DNA of 64,000 nucleotides from Escherichia phage vB_EcoP_PhAPEC5, in the sequence record NC_024786.1, one strand, 5' to 3'. Below are positions 27,165 to 37,900 of this stretch, piece after piece. Every line of letters starts with the position of its first letter. Within the stretch, counting starts at the first letter, position 1. Both the position numbers and the translations under genes were made by a program. Under the pieces are notes generated by a model. It worked only from the letters and a program-made list of their open reading frames with translations. It searched no databases and had not been told where the DNA came from.

Positions 27165-27258
27165 GATGGGGTTCAATTCCCCCCAGTGGAGTAATCCACT
27201 AGCGTGCTTGGTGCACGAATAAGACTTAGTACTGGTGGTTCGATTCCATCCCCCGTTA
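27165..27258 (+). ncRNA. tRNA-like T-arm elements and hairpins
   Basis: TGGGG-TTCAATT-CCCCC hairpin, AGTGGA-GTAA-TCCACT hairpin, then T-arm GGTGG-TTCGATT-CCATC with acceptor-like CCCCGTT-A; no canonical cloverleaf found. Confidence 0.25.
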
Positions 27259-27452
27259 CCTGAAGTCGCCAGGTACTTATGGCAAACGGGTAGTAACGAA
27301 CTAGTCATTCGTCAAACGCCCACCCAATTATGAGTCAGCAAGAACGCCTTCACTTAAACTTAAACAAAAAAGCTTAACGCAATAATTATGTAGGGGTATG
27401 TAAGGATTGCGAAGAAGGAGCCAGTTAGAGCCTGGCATGACTCGCCCATTAT

Positions 27453-27526
27453 GTCCGCTTAGCTTAGACTGGGAAAGCAACCGACTAATAATCGGAAGGT
27501 CACTGGTTCAAATCCAGTAGTGGACA
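27453..27526 (+). tRNA. tRNA candidate (74 nt; anticodon loop CTAATAA, apparent anticodon AAT)
   Basis: Manual cloverleaf: acceptor GTCCGCT/AGTGGAC (7 bp, one G-T), U8, D-stem GCTT/AAGC with GG in D-loop, 4-bp anticodon stem CCGA/TCGG, 5-nt variable loop, T-arm ACTGG-TTCAAAT-CCAGT, discriminator A. Confidence 0.45.
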
Positions 27527-27756
27527 CCCATTCAGCAGTAACATAGTCCTGATTGCATAGCACTCTAAAGACAACACTGGTAAGACAGTCCAGTGGCTGC
27601 TAATGTATTGTTATTCCCCTCGACGGGAATTTCGCTAGTGAAGGTAACACTTAAAAATCCAAACCCACGTCTTACTACTATCGGGCTATCAACCCACGGT
27701 CGCTTAACCCTATAGTGGTAGTAGTTTGACGGCCTGCCTCGTTGACTGCGTTAAAG

Positions 27757-27797
27757 TCACTAAGTCCCTCAGAGCCGTCACTCTGGGGGACTTTTTT
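27757..27797 (+). terminator. Rho-independent terminator closing the structured region
   Basis: Stem TCCCTCAGAG / CTCTGGGGGA followed by TTTTTTATTT. Confidence 0.6.
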
Positions 27798-27825
27798 ATT
27801 TGAGCATTAATAATTGGATAATCAA

Positions 27826-27985
27826 TATGATTGATCTAATCTTAACCCCGTATGCCTATGAGGTAACGGATAACCGAGGATGTAAGTCTTTGGTATTTGC
27901 AGGTAGCGTAGCCTATAACAACGCAGTCATGTTTAAATACAAACTTAAACCACTCTATGAGGCTAATAATGGCAACAGTAAGTAA
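27826..27985 (+). CDS. small hypothetical protein
   Basis: ATG 27826 (tracked ORF starts at TTG 27800); 52 aa. Confidence 0.3.
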
Positions 27986-28349
27986 AGAATCAATCGAAGC
28001 TAAGATTAAGAGCGTCTACTATTTCAACGGTGCTGATGCAGTAAAGTCTGCCTTCGTTAACCCTTCTGCACTTCCGGCAGACGATTTGGCTAACCTGGGC
28101 CTGGTAACATACTGTATTATCATCCTGGAAAATGGCTTCAAAGTTGAAGGTGTATCTGCCTGTGTTGACCCAACCATCTATGATGAACAAAAAGGCCGTC
28201 AGTATGCATATGAAAATGCATTCGATAAGATTTGGGAAATGGAGGGTTACCTCCTACGTCAGGCATTACATGAGAAAGAGGAGACTGCTAAGGCTCTGGC
28301 TTCCTTTGCAGAAAACAACACCTGTGATGGTGGTGGTTGCACCATTTAA
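27969..28349 (+). CDS. hypothetical protein (possibly N4 gp49-family)
   Basis: ATG 27969 with GAGG RBS; sits two genes upstream of the virion RNAP as the N4 gp49-family gene does; weak similarity to the N-terminal half of the next ORF. Confidence 0.35.
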   Translation: MATVSKESIEAKIKSVYYFNGADAVKSAFVNPSALPADDLANLGLVTYCIIILENGFKVEGVSACVDPTIYDEQKGRQYAYENAFDKIWEMEGYLLRQALHEKEETAKALASFAENNTCDGGGCTI

Positions 28350-28467
28350 CAAATAAGAGTAAGGTGGTTTTTACCGAAAGGTACTGAACTACCCGACATG
28401 TGGTAAGGCTCATGAAGCCAAAACAAAACAAGCCCTCTTAGTGAGGGCTTTATCATTTGAGGTAGTT

Positions 28468-28956
28468 ATGTCAGAAGAAATTAAAGTTCACTTCACCAAC
28501 TACATTGGAACCAAGTGTGTAAATGGATTCCGGATGAACAAGGAAACATATTGCAAACTTCGTGGCTGGGATGTGCCTGCTAATGAAGACCCATTAGAAG
28601 TAGGTTACTTAGTAGAATACCCGGATTCTAAACCTAACCATGAGCAATTCCGTGGTTATATTAGCTGGTCACCAAGGGCTGCATTTGAAGCTGCATATTG
28701 TGATGTAGATAAGGGTTGTACTTTTGGTCACGCCGTAGAGCTTCTCAAAGCAGGCTTCAAACTAGCCCGTAAAGGTTGGAACGGTAAGGGAATGTATATC
28801 ACCTTAGTAACCGGTGAAAATTGGGCTATAGATAAACATGAGAATACTGTTTGTGAGAAACGGGATTGGCTGGGTATTAAGACCGTTGATAACCAATTTA
28901 TGCCATGGGTTCCATCCCAATCGGATGTATTAGCTGAAGACTGGGTATTAGTCTAG
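28468..28956 (+). CDS. DUF2829/Tad2-like domain protein (candidate anti-Thoeris sponge) fused to an N-terminal domain of unknown function
   Basis: C-terminal half carries KGWNGKGMYITLV ... PWVPSQSDVLAEDWVLV, matching the remembered DUF2829 pattern; ATG 28468 with GAGG RBS; tracked ORF starts at GTG 28441. Confidence 0.45.
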   Translation: MSEEIKVHFTNYIGTKCVNGFRMNKETYCKLRGWDVPANEDPLEVGYLVEYPDSKPNHEQFRGYISWSPRAAFEAAYCDVDKGCTFGHAVELLKAGFKLARKGWNGKGMYITLVTGENWAIDKHENTVCEKRDWLGIKTVDNQFMPWVPSQSDVLAEDWVLV

Positions 28957-28966
28957 TAAGAATTAA

Positions 28967-28992
28967 AGCCCCTCATTAGAGGGGCTTTTTTA
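28967..28992. terminator. Bidirectional rho-independent terminator at the strand switch
   Basis: Stem AGCCCCTC / GAGGGGCT with loop ATTA, A-tract upstream and T-tract downstream; between convergent + and - strand genes. Confidence 0.65.
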
Positions 28993-28994
28993 TT

Positions 28995-31900
28995 TTAGTT
29001 TACTAAGTTCATCCAAGGATTCAGGTTATGGGCACGAAGACCCTGACCAAAGCCCCATGAGTAATCCAGACTACCCTTAGCAGCAATGCTAAAGATGTTA
29101 TCCTGAATAGGTAAACCAACGTTACCAAACATGGTAGGAGTTGGAGCCAGCATAGCCATTGCTGCATGTACTGGGTTATTACGAATCATGGAAACTGCAA
29201 CTTTTGCAGAACGAATCTTAAAGTTGTAGAACCACATCAGACCAACACTTTCCATATACCCACGGAAGCGACCAGGTAAACGGTCATAGTTAACGAACTC
29301 TTCCGTCACACGTCCTAGTGCTTCTTCACGAGTCTTACCCTTACGCTGAGTCAATTCATCATAGATGATTGCTTTAGCGATAAAGTCAGAGTACTCAACC
29401 GTCTTCTGTATACCCTGGAACAAAGCAGTATCTTTAGTGATAAGTGCATAGCGACCGGCAGTACGTACTGACTTAGGTAACTTATCAGCCAGCTTATCCA
29501 TGTATTCATGAAGTTTACCTTCAGTAATCAGGATGTCATCACGACCGATACCAGCATCTGCAATTGAAGAGAACTCACCAGCTTCTAACAGAGGCCAGAT
29601 ACTCATACGCTTATGGCTATCAGTAATGGACTGAATCTCAGCCTTAAGTTTACGAATCTGGTTCGGGTTAGTAGCTGCACGTAATTCTGCTTCTGCATCT
29701 ACCTGACGCAGACGAGATTTAAGGTACTGGTTAATCTCAGCAGTTTTCTGTGGGATGCTCTTAGCAATGTTCTTAACTGGTACACCACGAGCAACCATCT
29801 GGTAAAGGTTAGCCAAGAAGTTAACAGCAGGTACGACTACTGACTTAACTACAATCAGAGTCTTAGCTTCTTTAACTAAGTTCTGAACCAGGTTCTCACC
29901 ACCCATTGTGTACTTATAAGCACGGTTGCCAAATACACCCAGCATAGCTTTCTTGAAGGTATCCAGTGTTTCCGGGGACCAACGAGAATTACCAGACCAA
30001 GCATCACCTACAGAAGCTGCACGATAACCAAGTGCATCATTAAGCATGTCACGACGCACCCACAATTCACCCTCACCGAACAAACTCTCTGCTTTCTGAC
30101 GTGTTTCACTGTTCATCAGCTTAAGAGCATCAGCAGTTACTGGGTCCAGTTTTGAACCAAGAAGGTTAACGTACTGGGACTTATTAGAGGCAGACATCTT
30201 AATGTCATTCTCATACATGCTATGCAGGTTCTCAATCAGCATATCGTTGAAACGCTGAGCCTTAGCTTCTTCCACCTGACGACCACGCCATATACCAATT
30301 GCACGGGCAAGATGGTTCTCACCTTCAATATGCTTCAGCATGTTAGGGTCAATGGATTGCTCATAGGCAACCACATTACCTTTATCATCATATACAGGCA
30401 GGAGTGGTTCATTACCACGTTCACCACGAGCCAGTGCTTTAGTGATACGGTCTACGGAAGGCTTGTCAGTGATACGACCAGCTACCATGGAACCCATCGT
30501 AAAGCCTGTGCCGAGGTCTACGCCACCAGCAGTATCACGAACGTTCTGTAGGATACCCTGTGAGAATGGAGCCTGTGCCTGTACCGGTGCGAAGTAGTAG
30601 CTACGTGCCGGACCACGGTTAGCAGAGCTACCCTGATAAGTACCCAGACGTACATAAGATTTCTCAATCAAATCAGCAAACTGATTATCTTCAGCAACAA
30701 TCAGATTAACACCCTGTTTGTTCTCACTAGGGATATGCCCTTTGTACTGGTTCAGGGTTGCACGCATATCAGATTTGGCTTTAGCCATTTCATCTTTACG
30801 TTGACCAACTAGATAAGAGGTAGCAAAGTCCATCCCATCAACTTCTGTCTGAGCCAGTGAAGATAACATCTCACGGTCGGACTTGTTCATTGCTTCCAGT
30901 GCATACAAAGTAATCAGCTTATCCAGTTGAGCTACATCTACAGTAGAGCGAGCAGCCTGACGTTCACCCAGCATACGAGAGATTGCAGTAGCATTACGCA
31001 GCAGGTTATTACCGACTGTACCGTTAATCATGTACTGAGCCAGTTGCTTAGATTTACGGTTAATCAGGGGCCAGTTACGACCAGCTTGCTTCTGCAAATC
31101 TGCTTCCAGCTTGTTCACTTCACGGTCAACAATCTTCTGGTCAGATAGCAGGTCACGGATTTCAGCCAGAGACATAGTGTCACGCAGAACAGCTAAGTCA
31201 GTTTTACCCATACCAGTGTGCATTGCTTTCCACTCATCATTAGTCAGCTTACGGCTGAACTTAGATGCGATAGTGGTAGGCAAATGTTCACGGAATTGTT
31301 GACGGTCAGCTTGTACCTGTGCACGAACTGCTTTAATTAAATCATATACAGAAGCATTGCTCTTAGTACGACCGGTTAAGTCATTAACCAGGTCATGGAA
31401 AGGTTGCCATACCTTACCCTGGTTCATTGCAGCCATAACACCTTCAGCTACGATTGCACCATTCTTCTCTGTAGCAATAGCAGCTACCAGTTGTGCAGCA
31501 TGAGCAGCACCTTTGACCAATGGGTTCTTAGTATTAGCTGCAACTTCACGAGCACTCTCTAAAGCACGAGTAGACAATGCATCAATAGAATCCACCAGAT
31601 ACTGGTTAGCACGGTCAATAGCATTACCACTAGGTGTGGCAACGGAATCATAGAATGACTGTGCATTGAGACTAGTCTGCATGATTGTCTGTGCCAGTGC
31701 ATCCATACCTTCCTGTACGTTAGTAGCTTTAGTGTCACCTGCTACACGAGCATTCAGGCTAGCCATTGCAGCAGTACCAATGTTAGTCAGCATTGCATCA
31801 ACGGTATTACCGGATTGCTTATCTGCTTTCATAACTGGAATGTCAACCAGTACATTACGTACATCTTCACTTACCATTGCCAGAGCTACAAAGGTAGGCA

Positions 31901-34900
31901 GTAAGGAAGAACGACCCTGTGCATCAAACTCAATGTTGTTAGCACCCATGATGGTATCGAACTTCTGCTGTGCATAGTAACGGTCAGCAGGGTTAGTACT
32001 ATCCGGGTCAGCCATGAATGATTCAACGGTCAGGTTCTTGGTAACATGTGCATAGTATTCCTGTGCACGAGAAAGAGCAGCCGGACTAATAGCAGCTTCG
32101 GTAGCCAAAGCAGCAACGATATTAGTGAACAGGCGTTGTTCCTGCATATTCATAGTGAAACCATGAGCCTGAACATCACGGGTTACTTTAGTAGCATTCA
32201 CTACTGCATCAGAGAACTTACCTTTACGAATTACTTGCTGTACTGGTTCTGAACCAATGTAGTTAGTAATCAGCTTATCAAAGGTCTTCCCTAGCTCTTC
32301 CAGACGATTATTGTCACCATATGCTTTGTTATGGAACAAGGTAGTGTCTTTGGATACAGCAGCAGTAGGAGCCTGTCCACGCATAACTACTGAGGAGTTA
32401 AACAGTAATCCTGAGAACATATCATCTGCATTAGCAGGAGCTTTCTTGCGACCAAATACCAGACGCTTGATTGCTTCATATACAGACTGAACCATAGTTT
32501 TCAGTGCTGTGGTCTTCTTCTGCTTACCAATCAGTTCACGGTTGGTTAAGCCCCAAGCCATGTACTCATTCAGTGCAGCAGCTTTAGCCATTGCTGGTTC
32601 AATGAAGCCATTAGACAAATGACCATTAATGGTATTGAGTGCATCAGCATATGCTTCACGTACTGCCGGAGATTCATCCTTAACATCCAGAGTACGGAAC
32701 TGGTTCATCAAGTCTTCAATATTCTGGACTGCTTCGTTAGGAGTACCCTCATAATGAGCCAGTACGGATTCAAAAGTAGAAGCATGTACCAATTCATGAA
32801 CCAGAGTCTCTAAGGAAGGGGTAACTAAGTAGATGGTCTTATCGTCGAAGTTAGTCCAGCCATATGCATTACCCGCTTCGGCAGCTTCAATATCTTCAGG
32901 TGCTGGGCGAGTAATGTTCTTCTCAATAGCGTAAGCATCCAGTTGAGCAGGAGTACCGTAAACAACCTTATAGTCTTTGGCAGCAAGGGAGTTCTGTACT
33001 TCTTTCAATACTGCCTGCTGTTCAGGAGACATCTCTTTAGCCAGCTTAGTGATAGCAGTATTGGACAGCAGACGTACACCAGACTTAAGTACACGACCAA
33101 CCTGTTCCATTGCCGGTACTTCTTTCACTGGTTCTGCTTTAGCAGCACGCACTGCATCACGTCGCTTGTTTAATTCAGCATCAAACAGTTCATTCAGCTT
33201 AGCTACTTGCTGGTCTACCGTCAGACCTTCCAGAGAGATTTTACCGTTGTTCACGTAAGGAGCACCCACAGCAGCCATCTGGTCAACAGTGGTCTGTACC
33301 TGGTTCATTACTTTGTGGCGAATATCTACACCCAGCGCAATGTTACGCAGGTTACGTTCAATCTGTTCAGCACCTACACGTAACAGGTCATCGGTAGCAC
33401 CTTCACGCTGGTCATATTCCAGAGCAGATTTAGCGATAGCCTGTTTGGTTTCATCAGACAGTTTGCTGAAATCTACATTCTTCATGAACTTAGCATAGGA
33501 GTCATAAACATTCTTGATAGGGTTCCCCTGCCAAGAAGTGTATACAGCCTCGTTAGCTTTACGACTTGCATCAGTGATGTCATTGATACCAATGTTCATA
33601 CCATCAAAGATTTTCAGGGTATTCTTCGGAGCACCTTTCATAGTAGAAAGGGTCTGCATCATCATGCCATCACCAGTGCCGATGGTCATAAATGGAATAC
33701 CTGCAACACCTGCCTGAGAAGGAGCATAGATGCTCATTGGCACACGCATACGGTCATCTAAGTTGGTAGCCAGTACTTGGTTAGCAACATCAGTATTCTC
33801 ACTACCAGCAATGTAGAAAGTCTGTGAACCAGTCTCAATCATTGGAGCCAGCGGAGATAATGATTCCTGGATTTCATTCAGTTCTTTCTGAGTTAAGAAA
33901 TCACCCTTCTTCCAGGTTGGGTCTTTTTCTTTTTCTGCCAGCTTAGCCTGTACTGCTTGTTGGAACATATCCTGCAATACCAGAGACTGAATCTGGGTAG
34001 CCTTCTGCAAGTTCTCAGTAGAGTGCATCAGACCATCGCCAACAGTATTCTGAATACCAGTACGCATTGGTTCAACGAACAGGTGGAGCATGTTCTCTTG
34101 TAAGTTCTTCAGGGCATTACCGGATACGGTAAATTTCTGAGGGTCTAACTTACCAGTCAGAGCACCATCTACTTGCTGAATAGACAATTCACCTTTACGC
34201 ATAACTGGAACATTGCCAGTCAGTGCTTCCATAGAAGTAAGGAAAGTATCCAGCATTGCCTGAGCATCAGCTTCAGACGCAGCCTCCTTACCAAACATTG
34301 CCATAGCTGGGGAAATGCTAGGGTCAGCAGCCCGTGCTTGCAGAACGTCACTGAAGCGTTCGTAGATGGTGTCAGTAATTGCACTAACCATCTTGCCAGC
34401 AATACCACGTGCACCAGAACCATAGATGGTAATGGTAAGTGGGTTCTTAGCGATACCACGTTTCAGGTCCAGAGTACCGTCTTCATTCAGGTTAAAGTCT
34501 TTAATGAACAGGTCCATTATCTTCTGGAGATGATTCATCTGGCTCATAACAGGAACGTTGTTACGGTAAGTAGTACGTAACTCATTCAGTGCTTGTTGAA
34601 GACCATTGGTAGATGCTTCATACAGGTCAACACTGTCATCCTGTGAACGATGTTCGTTCATAGTCTTACCGGCTTTACCGAAGAACAGACCACCTTTAGC
34701 AGTATTCTTAATCCAGTCTGGGGTGAACTTACCACCAGTCATTAATACCATTGCGTTAATTGGGCCGTTGGTTACACCATCAGCTTCAACGTACAGTGGG
34801 GTATTAAAGTTGGCACGGTCATCGCTGTTCAGGTAACGGGCATATTCCATCAGAGCCATGAGAGCTACGAAGGATTTGTCACCACCCAGGGAGGTCTTAA

Positions 34901-37900
34901 GAATATCTACTGCATCAGCAGGCAAGTGACCAGACTTATCAAACTCAACCATCATATCAACAGCAGGTTTCAGATTACCTTCCAGAGCCTTGGTCAGCTT
35001 TTCAGACATAGCTTCACGGGACATGTTATGTACCTTGATACCTAATGCCTGAGCCAGGCCTACCTGGAAGTCAGAGAACGCTTGGCTGTTTTCATTACTC
35101 AAGTCGATAGTAGAGAAGGTCGGCAGAATTGCTTCACGAACCAGTTTACTGGATTGTGGGTTATTCTTACCAAGCATCTGCATACGACCTACACGGGTCA
35201 TGTTGTAACCGTAGTGAATAGGTGTATCCAGACCAGCTTCTTGTTCCTGTACCTGATTAATTACACCGAACAGGGAATCATATGCCATAGACACAGACAG
35301 GTTTTTACCTTCCAGTGACTTAGCAGTGTTCACGTTCAGCAATTCAGGATTAAGAGTACCAGCTCCCATCAGCTCCAGAATATTGTCACGGCCCATTGCT
35401 TCATAGAAGTTAACCATCGGCATGTGCACACGGAACTCAGTAGCCTGTTCGGCTTTCAGAGCAGCTTTCTGTTCTGGGGTATTCTTAACAGCAGGGTTAC
35501 GCAACTGAGTTTGAGCCACGGAAGGAATGTCATCACCAAAATACATTTTCTCTTCTGGTTCTAAGAGGACAGCTTCCTCAATAGCAGTAGGGAACTTGTT
35601 AATGGCATCGTTATCATCCAGCTTCTCAATAGTATACAGGCCAACAGTCTTATTGGAGTCTGGGTCAATCTCAGACACATCCAGCATAGACTCTTTAACT
35701 TCACCCATCTCAATGAGGGAAGACAGAATCTCTGTAGCCATTGCCATAGGAATACCCTTGGTATAACCCAGTGGTGCATTAGGGTTACGATTCAAACCCC
35801 AGTAGGATTCAATCTTCTGAGCCAGTGAGTTAGTAGCTTCAACCAGAGTCTGGGCATTCTCAAACTCAGCCAGAATACCTTCTGGTAACAGAGATGCTTC
35901 TACACCAGTAATAGCAGCTACGTCTTTCATATCTTTAACGGCAGCATTCTGTGTAGCAGTCAGTCGCCATTGCAGTCCAGCAAGTACAGCAGTCTCTAAC
36001 AACTGGTCATTGAACTTAAAGGTATCTCCGTCTTTCTCTACGATGTTAAGTAACTTACCACCTACCCAACGGTTAGCTTCAGTACCTTCTGCAAAACGTT
36101 TACCAACATTCTTATTAGCAAGGAACTTAGCCAGTCGCTCAGACAGAGTAGTCTTCAGAGTTTCCCCAAAGTCCATCAAGTCCTGATAACGTTTCATCAC
36201 ATCACTAGTGAGAGCGTTATTTTCTTTTTGAGTGAATGCTTCAAAGCGAGCAGCAGAAGAGAGTGCTTGCTTAATATCAGCTAAAGGAGATTCAGAACCA
36301 ATGGTACGAGACTTAGGTTCCTCTGGTAAGGCAAATGCTTTCAGGAACTGGTTCGGTGTCTTTTCATTGTTATAGACAGGGAACACTGTTTCCATTTCAG
36401 AAAGAGGTTTGCCACCCACTGTATATTCTGCTTTCAGCTGAGCCAGTGATACTTCATCCTTCTCCACGTTGTTAGTGTTACGACCAGAGGTATCTACACC
36501 AACCAGAATCTGTGCATTATTAGCTTCAACGAAAGACTGAACAGTATTGAATTGTTCAGCAGTCAGCTTCTGATTATCAAACAGTTGCAGAGATACGAAT
36601 GGTTGCTCACTACCTTTGTAGAAGGTAGCACGTACAGCACCTGTATCCAGAGACATGTCACGATAGCCATCATGACCAAATACGTCAGACAGGCTGATAT
36701 GGTCACCATTAGAACCAACCACAGTACCATCAGCAAACAGCCATGGACTCTCTCTACGGTCACCATACTTATTAAGAGTTTCCTGTGAAATAGTATTTTC
36801 TTTCACATAAGCATCTACTGTTTCAGATTCAGTAGTAGAGACTTCTTCTGCTTTTGGACTAGTCTCCTTAGTAGGAGCAGTCTTATTTTCTACCACAGGT
36901 TTAGCTTTAGGCTGTACAGTAGTAGTGTCCTCTTGCACTGGTGCAGGAGATTTATCAACCCGATTCACTGGTTCATTAGTCTGTTGAGACTGAGTGGCAT
37001 CAAGACCACCTTGACGGAACTCTTTAACTACCTGGGCAGCTGGCTTGTTCAGACGTGAATCTAACGAGGTAACTTTCACATGAGAAACATTAAGCTCCGG
37101 GTAAGCCGTAGCAAGTGCATTAGCAATATCAGCTACGGTCTTGGCTTCCAGTCCTACTTGCTGGGCAAACTTAACAGACTTGGTATCGTAAGGATTGACA
37201 CCGAGGCCAGTACGACTACGTACCCATTCACGGGAAGGCGAGAGAGCCTGATAATGAACAGACTTATTCTTATCCGCATTCCCCGAAATCAGATGCTCAT
37301 TCAACGCTCCGACCTTATTCTGCATGTGCTGGGCGAACTTCATAAAGTCGCTCAGATAAGCGGAGGCCAAATCGAAGTTACCAGAGTTATACGCAGAACG
37401 AATGCGTTTCGCATGTTGCAACGCAGAGTACTGTCCTTCATTAGAACGAGACTCATCGGTTTTAATCTGTTTACTAACAATATCTTGAGGACGTAAGCCT
37501 AGTTCTTCTGCTTTAGCGTCGAACTCACGTGCACCCTGTAACAAGGCAGCAGCAGATTGCAGGGCAGCACGTTGACGATTCCCCAGTGTAATCTTACCTT
37601 CACTTGCATGCTTCAGAACCATGTTCACTGAGTCTGCATCCAGTACTTCTGGAGATACATCAGCAGCCATAGCAATATTGTTTGCTTGGGCTTGATTAGC
37701 TTCTTCAGTAGATTTCAGCTTACCTGCTTCAGCCTGTTCCTGAATCATGGAATGGATGGCACGGAATGCACGAAGTACTTTCGGGGTATTCTGTACGTTA
37801 GCCATCAGGCCGGAGAACTGGTCAACAATTGCAGCAGCAGGAGAACCTTGTTCCAGATTAGCCAGAGCACCTGGGTCACGGTTAATGAAGCTATCCATAG

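Noticed and set aside
26348-27308. Small ORFs in the structured region (26348-26566 -, 26521-26727 +, 26570-26854 -, 26829-27047 +, 27111-27308 -)
   Set aside because: They overlap strong hairpins and tRNA-like elements, lack RBSs and have odd composition; the region is better explained as structured non-coding RNA.
26859-27526. Possibility that the repeated GGTTCRANTCC motifs represent a CRISPR array or other direct-repeat array
   Set aside because: The repeats are T-arm-like with variable flanks and irregular spacing, not identical repeats with uniform spacers; no cas genes present.
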